From an uncultured Ruminococcus sp. (GTDB lineage Bacteria; Bacillota; Clostridia; Oscillospirales; Acutalibacteraceae), in assembly GCA_902796915.1 (NCBI GenBank), contig CADBQS010000064.1, forward strand, positions 12,591-76,590: a DNA stretch of 64,000 nucleotides, read 5' to 3'. Under the pieces are notes generated by a model. The model was not told where the DNA came from. It was given only the letters and a program-made list of their open reading frames with translations, and did no database searches. The number at the start of each line of letters is the position of its first letter. Positions within the stretch are counted from its first letter, which is position 1. Of the stretch, positions 1 to 10,284 are shown piece by piece. A program made the translations under genes and the position numbers.

Positions 1-558
1 CCCGATATATATGTTCCATGTGAAGTATGTAAGGGAAAAAGATATAATAGAGAAACACTGGAAATAAAGTATAAAGATAAGAATATATATGAAGTTTTAG
101 AAATGACTGTTGATGAGGGAGTAGAATTTTTTTCTAACATACCTAAAATACGCAGAAAATTAGAAACGCTTAGCGAAGTTGGACTTGGGTATGTAAAAAT
201 AGGACAACCTGCAACTACGCTATCCGGAGGAGAAGCACAGAGAGTCAAGCTTGCAACTGAACTTTCAAAAAAAGGTACAGGAAAGACGATGTATATATTA
301 GACGAGCCTACAACAGGACTTCATATTGCAGATGTACACAAACTAATAGATGTACTTCAGAGATTAGTTGATTCAGGTAATACAGTGTTAACTATTGAGC
401 ATAATTTAGACTTTATAAAAACGGCAGATTATATTATTGATTTAGGTCCTAAAGGCGGAGATGATGGCGGAAAAATAGTTGCACAAGGGACACCAGAGAA
501 TATAGTAAAAAATGAAAATTCTATAACGGGTGTTTATCTTAAAAAATTTTTAAATTGA
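1..558 (+). CDS. uvrA: Excinuclease ABC subunit A (UvrA), C-terminal part; 5' end lies outside the window
   Basis: Frame 1 is open from base 1 ([21 protein letters not shown]...). It has a CxxC zinc finger, the ABC signature [12 protein letters not shown] and Walker [13 protein letters not shown] of the second UvrA ATPase module. Confidence 0.95.
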   Translation, partial: PDIYVPCEVCKGKRYNRETLEIKYKDKNIYEVLEMTVDEGVEFFSNIPKIRRKLETLSEVGLGYVKIGQPATTLSGGEAQRVKLATELSKKGTGKTMYILDEPTTGLHIADVHKLIDVLQRLVDSGNTVLTIEHNLDFIKTADYIIDLGPKGGDDGGKIVAQGTPENIVKNENSITGVYLKKFLN

Positions 559-579
559 TGTTTTTGGAGGTTATATAAT

Positions 580-1389
580 ATGGCTGTCTTTAAGGCAGGA
601 ACGCATGAATTTATTCTTGGTAAAAGAACTTATATTATGGGAATACTGAATGTTACTCCCGATTCGTTTTCTGATGGAGGGGATTGGAACAGCCCTAGTA
701 AGGCCTTAGAGAGGGCATTGGAAATTGAAAGGCAAGGAGCGGATATAATCGATATAGGGGCACAATCTACAAGGCCCGGATATACTCAAATAAGTGCTGA
801 GGAAGAAATAAATAGGTTAGCACCTATACTTGAAATATTAAAAGGTAAGTTAAATATCCCTATTTCTATTGATACATTTTATCCAGATGTTGCTTTAGAA
901 GCTGTAAAATATGGTATTAGTATAATAAATGATGTAAAAGGATTTCAGGATGAGCAAATGTTTAAGGTGCTTTCAAATTCTGATTGTGGTTGCATAATAA
1001 TGCATGATGGAAAATCGGATGATATGAAAGAATTTTTTGAATTGAAATTAAAATTAGTTGATAAGTACGGAATAAGTCATGAAAGAATATGCCTAGATCC
1101 CGGAATAGGTTTTGGAAAGAGCCATGAGGAAAATTTATATGTACTTGGTAATCTAAGAAGATTTAAAATTGATGATATTGCTATGTTAGTAGGAGCATCG
1201 AGGAAAAGGGTTATAGGAATACCATGCAGCAATCCTGATTTTAAAGATAGAATGCCCGGGACAATAGCCGCTCATACAATAGCCGCTATTAACGGAGCGG
1301 ATATAATAAGAGTACATGACGTGAAAGAAGCTGTACAAGCCTCTAAAGTTACAGATGCAATTATTGAACATATGGAGAGAAATATATGA
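580..1389 (+). CDS. folP: Dihydropteroate synthase
   Basis: 269-aa ORF with DHPS motifs GILNVTPDSFSDGG and DIIDIGAQSTRPG. A GGAGG SD lies upstream. It is the first gene of a folP-folB-folK cluster. Confidence 0.93.
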   Translation: MAVFKAGTHEFILGKRTYIMGILNVTPDSFSDGGDWNSPSKALERALEIERQGADIIDIGAQSTRPGYTQISAEEEINRLAPILEILKGKLNIPISIDTFYPDVALEAVKYGISIINDVKGFQDEQMFKVLSNSDCGCIIMHDGKSDDMKEFFELKLKLVDKYGISHERICLDPGIGFGKSHEENLYVLGNLRRFKIDDIAMLVGASRKRVIGIPCSNPDFKDRMPGTIAAHTIAAINGADIIRVHDVKEAVQASKVTDAIIEHMERNI

Positions 1390-1760
1390 TTAGTGAGATA
1401 ATAATAAAAGGATTAAAAATATATGCATATCATGGGGTAAATGAAGAAGAAAAAATTAACGGACAAAATTTTATTATAGATGTAAATATGAAGATTAATA
1501 GATCAGAATATACTGATAACATCAATAGTACTGTAAGTTATTCAAAAGTAGCTAAGGAAATTAAAAAAATTGCTTTAGAACAGAAATATGATTTAATAGA
1601 AACCTTAGCAGAGAAAATTGCAAAGGAATTACTTAAAGAATTTGATATGATACAAAATATAGAAATTATAGTAAAAAAACCTGAAGCTCCAATGAAATTA
1701 GATTTTGAATATACAGCTGTAAAAATATCTAGAAGTAAGGGTGACTATAATATTGAATGA
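1386..1760 (+). CDS. folB: Dihydroneopterin aldolase
   Basis: 124 aa with a DHNA-type N-terminus IKGLKIYAYHGVNEEEKINGQNFIIDV. An ATGA start/stop overlap with folP indicates translational coupling. Confidence 0.88.
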   Translation: MISEIIIKGLKIYAYHGVNEEEKINGQNFIIDVNMKINRSEYTDNINSTVSYSKVAKEIKKIALEQKYDLIETLAEKIAKELLKEFDMIQNIEIIVKKPEAPMKLDFEYTAVKISRSKGDYNIE

Positions 1761-2232
1761 AGCAATTTTAGGGATTGGTTCGAATATTGGGGATAGGGAA
1801 AAAAACTTAAATATGGCTATAGAATCTATTTCGCTAATTCCGAATACGAAAATATTAAGAATATCGAAATTTTATGAAACTGTGCCATTTAATGTACCAG
1901 ATAAACAAGAAAATTACTTTAATTGTTGTATTAGATTATCAACAAGGCTTAAGCCGCATACTTTATTAGGAGCTTGCTTAGGGATAGAAGCAGCAATGGG
2001 ACGAGTCAGAAAATATAGATTTTGTTCTAGGGTTATAGATATAGATTTACTTTTATATGGGAATTATAAATGCAGTGATGAAGATTTAATATTACCTCAT
2101 CCCAGAATGCACGAAAGAGCTTTTGTGCTTGTACCTATGATGGATATATGTGAAAATATGAAATTTTATGATTTTAATTTTAGTAGTATTCTTACTAAGC
2201 TTGATTTATCTGAAGTAATTCCTTTAAATTAA
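1741..2232 (+). CDS. folK: 2-amino-4-hydroxy-6-hydroxymethyldihydropteridine pyrophosphokinase (HPPK)
   Basis: HPPK motifs LGIGSNIGDR, IDIDLLLY and LPHPRMHERAFVLVP. The start is GTG 1741 or TTG 1753, overlapping the folB end. Confidence 0.88.
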   Translation: MTIILNEAILGIGSNIGDREKNLNMAIESISLIPNTKILRISKFYETVPFNVPDKQENYFNCCIRLSTRLKPHTLLGACLGIEAAMGRVRKYRFCSRVIDIDLLLYGNYKCSDEDLILPHPRMHERAFVLVPMMDICENMKFYDFNFSSILTKLDLSEVIPLN

Positions 2233-2339
2233 GAGTATTAAATATAAGTATTTTTGATAAATACGTTAAAACAGAACTTGAATTTTACATTATTTTTATG
2301 TTATAATAAATATATATATTATGAAAGTGAGGGAGGTTT

Positions 2340-3797
2340 ATGTATAAGGAGAGGAATTTTAAATTTAATATATGCGATATTGAAAAACAAATTTTTGAGA
2401 TGTCAGAAAGTAGAAAATTAGAAGAAAGGGATTTAGAGATAATTGCTGGAGGAAAAATGAATAATAAATTTTTAGCTAGTTCTTTAGCTAGTTTAGCAAT
2501 ATTAACTAGTACAGGTATTAATACTAATATTAATATAAAAGCAACAAACAACCCTGCGACATCTATTTCAGATGTGCAAAAATCAGATGAAAATAAACAA
2601 GTAGTTGAATACTTCACAAAGCAACAGGTTATAGAAGATATAGATTATGTAATGAATAAAGTAAAAAACTCTCATGTTGGATGTATAAACGGAATTCCAG
2701 ATGAAGTTTTAAAACAAAAAGAACTTGAAATTAAAAATTTATCTGAAAGTACAAGTTCAGTTGAAGAATGGAGAATAATTTCTAGTATACTTGCTAAACT
2801 TCACGATGCTCACACTACAATTTTACCACCTGCATTTTTATATGGCAAACGCCTTCCGTTTGACATTGAATATCTTGATAATAAAATTTTTTGTAGAAGT
2901 GGTGAATTTAAAGATTCAGAAATAACTGAAATAAATGGTGTAAAAATTTCGGATTTATACGAAAAATTTAAACTTCATTATTCATATGAAATTGAGGAAT
3001 GGGTTGACTTTAATTTTTTTAGAAGTACTCCATTTTTCGAACAGTACAATTTGGCAAAGGCTGGTATAGATACTTTTAAACCAGTAGAAATCAGTTTCAA
3101 AACAGATAAAGGTATAGCAAAACAAAAGTTTGAATTTATTCAAATAGAAGTTAAATTTAAAAAATCAGAACCATTTTTTTACCAAATTGATAAAGAAAAT
3201 AGTGTAGGAATATTCACGATTAATAAGTGTATTATTGCTAATAAAGAATTCTTGGATACTGTAGACAAATTCTTTGCTGATGTTGCTTCAAATAATATAG
3301 AAAATGTGATTGTAGATTTAAGACGGAATACTGGTGGATGGACTGGGCTAGAACGTTTTTTTGCTAGATACCTCAATAAATTAGGAAATGTTACTTTTAA
3401 AAAGTGCGAAATTAGAACTAATAACGGAATAGAAACAAGACAAGAAAAATATACAGCAGATGAAACAAAGTTAATAAAATCTGATAAAAATTTATTTGAT
3501 GGCAAATTATTTATTTTAACATCTAATTTAACTTTTAGTTCTGCAATGGACTTTGCACTTGAATTTTCTGACAATAATTTAGCAACAATAGTAGGTGAAG
3601 TTCCAGGAAATTCCCCTAATCATTATGGTTGTTGTAATATATGTGATTATACTCCAAATTCAAAATTGAAGTTTATAACAACAACTAAAAAATATTATCG
3701 TGCAGACAGCACTAAAGACCCTAATAGATTAATTCCCGATGTACAAGTATCTGCCAAGGAAGCCTTGAATAAAGTTTATGAATTAATAAAATCTTAA
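2340..3797 (+). CDS. Secreted S41-family (Ctp/IRBP-like) serine peptidase; N-terminus ambiguous (ATG 2340 with in-frame double-glycine leader, or ATG 2457 with Sec signal peptide)
   Basis: S41-type motifs LRRNTGGW and LTSNLTFSSAMDFA. The hydrophobic segment KMNNKFLASSLASLAILTS looks like a signal peptide. The upstream in-frame sequence ends ...RKLEERDLEIIAGG. SDs are present before both ATGs. Confidence 0.8.
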   Translation: MYKERNFKFNICDIEKQIFEMSESRKLEERDLEIIAGGKMNNKFLASSLASLAILTSTGINTNINIKATNNPATSISDVQKSDENKQVVEYFTKQQVIEDIDYVMNKVKNSHVGCINGIPDEVLKQKELEIKNLSESTSSVEEWRIISSILAKLHDAHTTILPPAFLYGKRLPFDIEYLDNKIFCRSGEFKDSEITEINGVKISDLYEKFKLHYSYEIEEWVDFNFFRSTPFFEQYNLAKAGIDTFKPVEISFKTDKGIAKQKFEFIQIEVKFKKSEPFFYQIDKENSVGIFTINKCIIANKEFLDTVDKFFADVASNNIENVIVDLRRNTGGWTGLERFFARYLNKLGNVTFKKCEIRTNNGIETRQEKYTADETKLIKSDKNLFDGKLFILTSNLTFSSAMDFALEFSDNNLATIVGEVPGNSPNHYGCCNICDYTPNSKLKFITTTKKYYRADSTKDPNRLIPDVQVSAKEALNKVYELIKS

Positions 3798-3820
3798 AAA
3801 TAATTATAAAAAATAAAAAG

Positions 3821-3855
3821 TGTCTGCTCATATAAATTAGAGCAGGCATTTTTAT
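3821..3855 (+). terminator. Rho-independent terminator after the S41 peptidase gene
   Basis: Stem TGTCTGCTC / GAGCAGGCA (one G-U pair) with a 10-nt loop, followed by TTTTTAT. Confidence 0.7.
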
Positions 3856-3970
3856 ATTATTTTCAAATCAAATATATAGTTTTATATGTAGTTAAAATGT
3901 GATATAATTCTTAATTAGGAATTAGAAAGATAAGCAGTGATTAAAAACAAGAGAGTGTGTGATTATAATA

Positions 3971-4411
3971 ATGAATAGGCGTGAAGCAAGAGAACAAGCA
4001 TTTATATTTATATTTGAAAGTACATTTGGGGCTGAGAGTATAGAAGATATTATAGAAGCAGCAAAAATTGCGAGAAATATCGAGATAGATGAATTTTGTG
4101 AGAGAATATTTAAAGGAGTAAAAGAAAGCGAAAAAATTATAGATGAATACATAGAAAAAAATATAAAGCAATGGAAAATGGATAGATTATCGAGAGTGAT
4201 ATTATCCGTTTTAAGATTAGCTATATATGAAATGCTATATGAAAATGATATACCATTAAGCGTTTCTGTAAACGAAGCGGTTGAATTAGCTAAGAAATAT
4301 GATACAAAAGAAAATACAGCATATGTAAATGGAGTTTTAGCATCTGTTTTGAAAGAAATTAGTGAAAAAAATCTAAAAGACGATTCTAATAATGAGGGTA
4401 AAGATGCTTAA
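3971..4411 (+). CDS. nusB: Transcription antitermination factor NusB
   Basis: MNRREAREQAFIFIFE..., LSVLRLAIYEMLY, NEAVELAKKY and VNGVL are typical NusB blocks. ATG 3971 is preferred over the GTG 3959 of the ORF track. Confidence 0.92.
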   Translation: MNRREAREQAFIFIFESTFGAESIEDIIEAAKIARNIEIDEFCERIFKGVKESEKIIDEYIEKNIKQWKMDRLSRVILSVLRLAIYEMLYENDIPLSVSVNEAVELAKKYDTKENTAYVNGVLASVLKEISEKNLKDDSNNEGKDA

Positions 4412-5618
4412 TAGTATGGTAATAACAGTGTCGCAGTTAAACTCTTATATAAAATCTATGTTTGAATGTGATGAAAAAATAAAAAATATATTTGTAACTG
4501 GGGAAATTTCTAATTTTACAAATCATTATCAATCCGGGCATATTTATTTTAGTTTAAAAGAGAACAATAATATCATAAAAGCAGTAATGTTTTCAAGAGT
4601 GGCAAGTAAAATAAAGTTTCCTTTAAAAAACGGAATTAATGTTATAGCAAGAGGGACAGTATCGACATATGAAGTAAGCGGACAATATCAATTATATGTT
4701 GAAGATTTATTGCCAACTGGATTAGGTTCTTATTATATGATGTTTGAAGAACTAAAATCTAAATTTATGAAAGAAGGATTGTTTGATTCTGAAAAGAAGA
4801 AAGCATTGCCTTTATATCCTAAGAAAATAGGGGTAATAACATCAATAACTGGAGCGGTAATCCATGATATTCAGAGCGTACTAAAAAGGAGATATCCATT
4901 AGTAAACATTGAAGTTTATCCTGTTCAGGTACAAGGCGAAGAAGCTCCAGTGCAAATTGTTAAAGCATTAAACTATGTTAATGAAAATAGTAATGCTGAT
5001 GTGGTGATAATAGCAAGAGGCGGAGGTTCTATAGAAGAGTTATGGGCGTTTAATGATGAAAATGTAGTTAGAGCAATTTATAATTGTAATATTCCGATTA
5101 TATCGGCCGTGGGGCACGAAACGGACTTCACATTATGTGATTTTGTAGCTGATATGAGAGCACCTACACCTTCCGTAGCGGCAGAAATATCTGTACCTGA
5201 TGTAAAAGATATTATTTCGGAATTAGATTATATTGAGGGTAGGTTAAACTCTGCAATAAAAACTATTTTGGATAGTTATAATTATGAGTTAGTATCTATC
5301 TTAAATAGAATGAATAATGTTTCTCCACATAATAGATTATCTGTATTAAATCAAAATGTTGATGATTACATCAATCGTTTGAGAAAACTAATTAAAGTGT
5401 GCTTAGAAGAAAAACAAAAATCAGTTGAGGTGTTTGAGGGAAAATTAAAGATATTAAATCCTCTTTCTTTACCTAAAAAAGGTTATGCGATTTTATCTAA
5501 AGGCAAGAATTTAATTAAGAATTTATCTGATGTAGGGGATGGAAAGAACATCAATATAATACTAGGAAATGATGAATTTAGTTGTGACTTAGTGAATATA
5601 AGGAGAATTAATAAATGA
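4404..5618 (+). CDS. xseA: Exodeoxyribonuclease VII large subunit
   Basis: N-terminal OB fold (VTGEISNF..SGHIYFSLK) and the catalytic-domain block IARGGGSIEELWAFNDE. It overlaps the nusB end and is followed by xseB. Confidence 0.93.
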   Translation: MLNSMVITVSQLNSYIKSMFECDEKIKNIFVTGEISNFTNHYQSGHIYFSLKENNNIIKAVMFSRVASKIKFPLKNGINVIARGTVSTYEVSGQYQLYVEDLLPTGLGSYYMMFEELKSKFMKEGLFDSEKKKALPLYPKKIGVITSITGAVIHDIQSVLKRRYPLVNIEVYPVQVQGEEAPVQIVKALNYVNENSNADVVIIARGGGSIEELWAFNDENVVRAIYNCNIPIISAVGHETDFTLCDFVADMRAPTPSVAAEISVPDVKDIISELDYIEGRLNSAIKTILDSYNYELVSILNRMNNVSPHNRLSVLNQNVDDYINRLRKLIKVCLEEKQKSVEVFEGKLKILNPLSLPKKGYAILSKGKNLIKNLSDVGDGKNINIILGNDEFSCDLVNIRRINK

Positions 5619-5812
5619 AAAAAAATATTGATTTTGAATACGCTTTAAATAAGTTAAAAGAAATTACACAAAGGCTTGAACAAGGCGAAGAAAACTTAGA
5701 AAAATCAATAAAGTTATATGAAGAAGGAATGAAGTTAGCGAAGTATTGCAAGGACGTTTTAAGTGAATCAGAGCAGAAAATTACTGTTATAGATATAAAC
5801 AAAGCTGAATAA
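5615..5812 (+). CDS. xseB: Exodeoxyribonuclease VII small subunit
   Basis: 65-aa helical protein FEYALNKLKEITQRLEQGEENLEKSIKLYEEGMKLAKYC. ATGA overlap with xseA. Confidence 0.9.
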   Translation: MKKNIDFEYALNKLKEITQRLEQGEENLEKSIKLYEEGMKLAKYCKDVLSESEQKITVIDINKAE

Positions 5813-5813
5813 G

Positions 5814-6713
5814 GTGAATTATATGAATTATGAATCAAGTATGAATTTTTATAAAAATTTAATAGAATCTGGTCTAGCTAATTATTTATCTGGCATTAAA
5901 AATATTGAAAAAAATTTAATGGAATCTATGGGATATAGTTTATTAAGTGGAGGGAAGAGAATAAGACCGATATTAATGATGGCATTCCATGAACTTTTTG
6001 GAGGAAATCCAATTGATATAATACCATTTGCTTGTTCTATTGAAATGATACATACTTATTCATTAATACATGATGATTTACCTTGTATGGATAATTCTAA
6101 TTTAAGAAGAGGTAAGCCATCCAATCATATCGCTTTTGGGGAAGAGTTGGCACTTTTGGCAGGTGATGCATTACTAACTAATGCTTTTGATATAATAACA
6201 TCTGATAAAATTCTTAATTTGTTTAATGCGGAAAAGATAGTTAAAGTAACAAATTTACTTTCTAGTGCTGCAGGAGCAAGTGGCATGGTGTCTGGGCAAA
6301 TTATAGATTTATCTATTAACGAAAAAAATGCAAATATAAATTTGATTTTAGATATGTATATGAAGAAAACAGGTTTACTTATAGAATGTGCGGCTCAAAT
6401 GGGAGCAGTACTTGCAAATGCAAGTGATGAACAGTTAGGCATAGTAAAAGAGTATGGTAGGGTAATAGGCTTAGAATTCCAACTGGTTGATGATGTATTA
6501 GATATTTATGGGGATGAAAATGTTATTGGTAAACCCTCAGGAAGCGATAATAAGAATAATAAACATACGTATTTATCTATATGTGGATTAGAAAAAACAA
6601 AAGAAAAGATAAGAGATTTAACTTGTGAAGCAGTAGATATTCTGAATGATTTAGGAGAAGGAACAAAGTTTTTGAAGGAATTAACGGTTTCACTTGGATG
6701 TAGAGTAAGCTAG
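5814..6713 (+). CDS. ispA: Farnesyl/geranyl diphosphate synthase (polyprenyl synthetase family)
   Basis: First and second Asp-rich motifs LIHDDLPCMDNSNLRRGKPS and FQLVDDVLD. Conserved position between xseB and dxs. Confidence 0.92.
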   Translation: MNYMNYESSMNFYKNLIESGLANYLSGIKNIEKNLMESMGYSLLSGGKRIRPILMMAFHELFGGNPIDIIPFACSIEMIHTYSLIHDDLPCMDNSNLRRGKPSNHIAFGEELALLAGDALLTNAFDIITSDKILNLFNAEKIVKVTNLLSSAAGASGMVSGQIIDLSINEKNANINLILDMYMKKTGLLIECAAQMGAVLANASDEQLGIVKEYGRVIGLEFQLVDDVLDIYGDENVIGKPSGSDNKNNKHTYLSICGLEKTKEKIRDLTCEAVDILNDLGEGTKFLKELTVSLGCRVS

Positions 6714-6749
6714 GCGATGTATTTTTGACTTGGAAGTAAAGGAGTAAAA

Positions 6750-8612
6750 ATGGAGTACGAAATATTAGATAAAATAACTTCACCTAAAGATTTAGATAAG
6801 GTAAAAAATTTTAAAAAGTTATGCAGTGAGATAAGAGCTAAATTACTCGATACAATATCTAAAAATGGTGGACATTTAGCATCAAATTTAGGGACAGTAG
6901 AGTTGACTGTAGCCCTTCATAGTGTGTTTAATAAAGAGGAAGACGCTATAATTTGGGATGTAGGGCATCAGAGCTATACGCATAAAATTCTAACAGGGAG
7001 ATTTAATAATATTGATAGTATTCGTAAGGAAGGAGGATTATCTGGATTTACGAATATAGAAGAAAGCGAGTATGACAAATTTACTTCTGGGCATAGCAGT
7101 ACATCAATATCTGCAGCTTTGGGACTTGCTCAGGCGAAAAGAATAAAAGGAGAAAGTGGTAACGTAGTAGCAGTTATAGGCGATGGAGCATTAACTGGTG
7201 GACTTGCTTATGAGGGACTAAATAATGCTGGTAAATTTAAAAAGAATTTTATAGTTATAATTAATGATAATAAAATGTCGATATCAAGAAATGTAGGTTC
7301 TATGGCTAGGTATCTTACATACGTCAGAATAAAGCCGTCATATATGAAATTGAAAAATACAGTTGAAACAACGCTCGATAAGGTTCCATTATTAGGTGGA
7401 CATCTTAAAGAGATTGTATCTAAATCTAAAACAGCCGTAAAAAGTTTACTGTCTAAAACTACGCTTTTTGAGAGTATGGGATTTAATTATTATGGTCCCA
7501 TTAATGGCCATGATATAAAAGAAATGCGAAAAGTTTTTTATATGATAAAGGATATACAAGGCCCAGTAGTTGTGCATGTGTTAACCTCTAAAGGAAAGGG
7601 ATATAAATTTGCGGAAAAATTTCCATATAAATATCATGGGGTTTCTGGATTTGATATAGAAACAGGTATGACTAGAAAAGCACAGGGAAGCTTTTCTGAT
7701 GTTTTTGGTAAATTGATGTGCAATTTTGCCGAGAATGATAAAAGAGTATGTGCTATAACTGCTGCGATGGAATCTGGTACGGGACTATCTGAATTTGCGG
7801 ATAAATATAAATCTAGATTTTTTGATGTTGGAATAGCGGAAGAACATGCTATAACTTTTGCAGCAGGACTTTCAAGAGGAGGTATGATACCTGTATTTGC
7901 GGTATATTCTAGTTTTTTACAAAGAGGCTATGACCAAATAATACATGATGCTGCATTACAGAAATTGAAGGTAATATTTGCGATAGATAGAGCTGGACTT
8001 ATAGGAGAAGATGGTGAAACTCATCAGGGAATAATGGATATAGCTATTTTTAACTCTATACCTAATGTTACGATTTATGCTCCATGTTTTTATGATGAAC
8101 TAGAGAGTATGCTAGGTAGAGCTATAAATAGTACAAATAATGTTTCAGTTATAAGATATCCTAAGGGAGGACAACCGTTTAAGCCGATAGGATTTAAATG
8201 TACAGAGAATGATTTCGATTGCTATGGCGATGATAGCGCAGATACAGTAGTTGTAACGTATGGTAGGCTTTTTTCTTATGTTTGGCAAGCAAGGCTTAAA
8301 CTTGTAAAAACAGGTAAAAAAATACGTATAATTAAATTAAATGTTGTAAAGCCAATAAATCGTGAATCTTTATTAGAATCAAGTAAATTTAAAAAAGTAT
8401 TTTTCTTTGAAGAAGCGATGCGTAGCGGAGGAATCGGAGAAAAATTCGGATGTGAGCTTTTAGAGTATGGATTTAATGGAAGATTTATATTGAATGCGAT
8501 AGATGATGAATTTGTGAAGCATGCATCCGTTGAATCTCAGATGAAGAAATTTTCATTTGATGTTGATGGTATAGTAAATAAGATAACTTTGGAGAGCGTA
8601 GAGAATTTATGA
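6750..8612 (+). CDS. dxs: 1-deoxy-D-xylulose-5-phosphate synthase
   Basis: 620 aa with GGHLASNLGTVELTVALH, WDVGHQSYTHKILTGR, the TPP motif GDGALTGG and IAEEHA. Confidence 0.96.
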   Translation: MEYEILDKITSPKDLDKVKNFKKLCSEIRAKLLDTISKNGGHLASNLGTVELTVALHSVFNKEEDAIIWDVGHQSYTHKILTGRFNNIDSIRKEGGLSGFTNIEESEYDKFTSGHSSTSISAALGLAQAKRIKGESGNVVAVIGDGALTGGLAYEGLNNAGKFKKNFIVIINDNKMSISRNVGSMARYLTYVRIKPSYMKLKNTVETTLDKVPLLGGHLKEIVSKSKTAVKSLLSKTTLFESMGFNYYGPINGHDIKEMRKVFYMIKDIQGPVVVHVLTSKGKGYKFAEKFPYKYHGVSGFDIETGMTRKAQGSFSDVFGKLMCNFAENDKRVCAITAAMESGTGLSEFADKYKSRFFDVGIAEEHAITFAAGLSRGGMIPVFAVYSSFLQRGYDQIIHDAALQKLKVIFAIDRAGLIGEDGETHQGIMDIAIFNSIPNVTIYAPCFYDELESMLGRAINSTNNVSVIRYPKGGQPFKPIGFKCTENDFDCYGDDSADTVVVTYGRLFSYVWQARLKLVKTGKKIRIIKLNVVKPINRESLLESSKFKKVFFFEEAMRSGGIGEKFGCELLEYGFNGRFILNAIDDEFVKHASVESQMKKFSFDVDGIVNKITLESVENL

Positions 8613-9421
8613 AAAAAAGATTAGATATGATTGTATATGAAAAAGGATATGCACAAAGCAGAGAAAAGGCGAAAATACTCATAATGGAAGGTAGAGTATA
8701 TGTAGATAATCAGAAGGCTGATAAGCCCGGAATGGTATATAATGAAGATGTTAAATTAGAAGTAAGACAAAATAAAATACAATATGTTAGTAGGGGCGGA
8801 TTAAAGCTAGAAAAAGCTTTGAAAGTATTTAATATAGACTTGCATGGAATAAATGCAATGGATATTGGTGCATCCACGGGGGGATTTACAGATTGTATGC
8901 TTCAAAATGGATGCAGTAAAGTGTATTCAATAGATGTTGGCTATGGACAGTTAGCTTGGAGTTTAAGAAATGATGAAAGAGTAGTAAATCTTGAGAGAAC
9001 GAACATAAGATATATAGATAAGAATATTATAAAAGACGATATAAAATTTTTCTCTATAGATGTTTCGTTTATATCCTTGTGTCTTGTATTACCTGTTGTA
9101 AGAGAAATAGTGAGCGATGGGGCTAGGGCAATATGCTTGATAAAACCTCAATTTGAAGCAGGAAGAGAAAAGGTTGGGAAAAAAGGAGTAGTACGAGACA
9201 AAGAAGTTCACATTGAAGTTATAGAAAAAATATATAGTTTTTGTATAGAAAACGGTTTTTTAGTTCACGGAATTGATTATTCTCCTATTAAAGGGCCAGA
9301 GGGTAACATAGAGTACTTGATTTATATAGAAAAGTCTGATAAAAAAATAAATTGTGAGCATATAGACATAAAGGGAATTGTAGAGAAATCCCATGAGGAG
9401 TTAAATGGTGGTGAGAAATAA
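8609..9421 (+). CDS. tlyA: TlyA-family rRNA (cytidine-2'-O)-methyltransferase
   Basis: S4-like N-terminus RLDMIVYEKGYAQSREKAKILI, YVSRGGLKLEKAL and the SAM motif DIGASTGGFTDCMLQNG. Confidence 0.9.
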   Translation: MKKRLDMIVYEKGYAQSREKAKILIMEGRVYVDNQKADKPGMVYNEDVKLEVRQNKIQYVSRGGLKLEKALKVFNIDLHGINAMDIGASTGGFTDCMLQNGCSKVYSIDVGYGQLAWSLRNDERVVNLERTNIRYIDKNIIKDDIKFFSIDVSFISLCLVLPVVREIVSDGARAICLIKPQFEAGREKVGKKGVVRDKEVHIEVIEKIYSFCIENGFLVHGIDYSPIKGPEGNIEYLIYIEKSDKKINCEHIDIKGIVEKSHEELNGGEK

Positions 9422-9423
9422 TT

Positions 9424-10266
9424 TTGAATCTAACTGTTTTAACTAATATAGAAAGGGAAAAATATTATAATTGTTTCATAGATACAGTAAAAAAGTTAAT
9501 AGAGTTAAGGTTTAATATAATATTAGATAAGAAATTTAAAGATATTATAGATTGTGGCGCTATTAATTGGTGTGATGATGAATATGAGATTATCAAATCT
9601 GCCGATATTGCTGTTATAATCGGTGGAGATGGTACTATAATGCGGTATTCTAAGCTTGCGGCAAAATTTAATACAAAAGTTTTGGGTATAAATATGGGAA
9701 GATTAGGATTTATATCTAGCTTAGAAAATAATGAATTAAATAAATTATCAAATGTTATAAAGGGATTTTATACGATAGATAAAAGAATTTTATTTGAATT
9801 TAAAGATGTGGAAAATAATAAAAAATTTTTATCATTAAATGAAATAGTTATATCAAGAAATATTAATTCTCAAATTATAGATTATAGCATTTATAAGGGG
9901 AATAATAATATATGTAATTTTCGTTCAGATGGGATAATATTGTCTACGCCAACTGGTTCAACAGCATATTCTATGTCTGCCGGAGGACCGATTGTTGAAC
10001 CTGGGATTGAATGTGCCATAATAACACCGATTTTTCCACATTCATTAAATTCACGTTCGTTAATTGTAGGATTAGATACTTCAATGAGAGTGAAATATGA
10101 ACTTAGAGATGGCTCTGAGGTTAATATAATATCTGACGGAGATTTATGTTTTAATAGTAAAAAAAGTGGAGAAATAGAAGTAAAAAAATCTGAAATAGAA
10201 GTAGAATTTATATCGTTAGATGAAAATAGATTCTATAAAAATTTAAAACAGAAGTTAATAAAATGA
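9424..10266 (+). CDS. nadK: NAD kinase
   Basis: GGDGTIMR and NMGRLGFI motifs with the C-terminal STPTGSTAYSMSAGGPIV block. TTG start. Confidence 0.92.
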   Translation: MNLTVLTNIEREKYYNCFIDTVKKLIELRFNIILDKKFKDIIDCGAINWCDDEYEIIKSADIAVIIGGDGTIMRYSKLAAKFNTKVLGINMGRLGFISSLENNELNKLSNVIKGFYTIDKRILFEFKDVENNKKFLSLNEIVISRNINSQIIDYSIYKGNNNICNFRSDGIILSTPTGSTAYSMSAGGPIVEPGIECAIITPIFPHSLNSRSLIVGLDTSMRVKYELRDGSEVNIISDGDLCFNSKKSGEIEVKKSEIEVEFISLDENRFYKNLKQKLIK

Positions 10267-10284
10267 ATGTATGTGGTGGTAATT

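Noticed and set aside
2321-2347. Short upstream ORF ATGAAAGTGAGGGAGGTTTATGTATAA overlapping the S41 gene start.
   Set aside because: It is only 8 codons, has no SD of its own, and its sequence is simply the SD region of the 2340 start.
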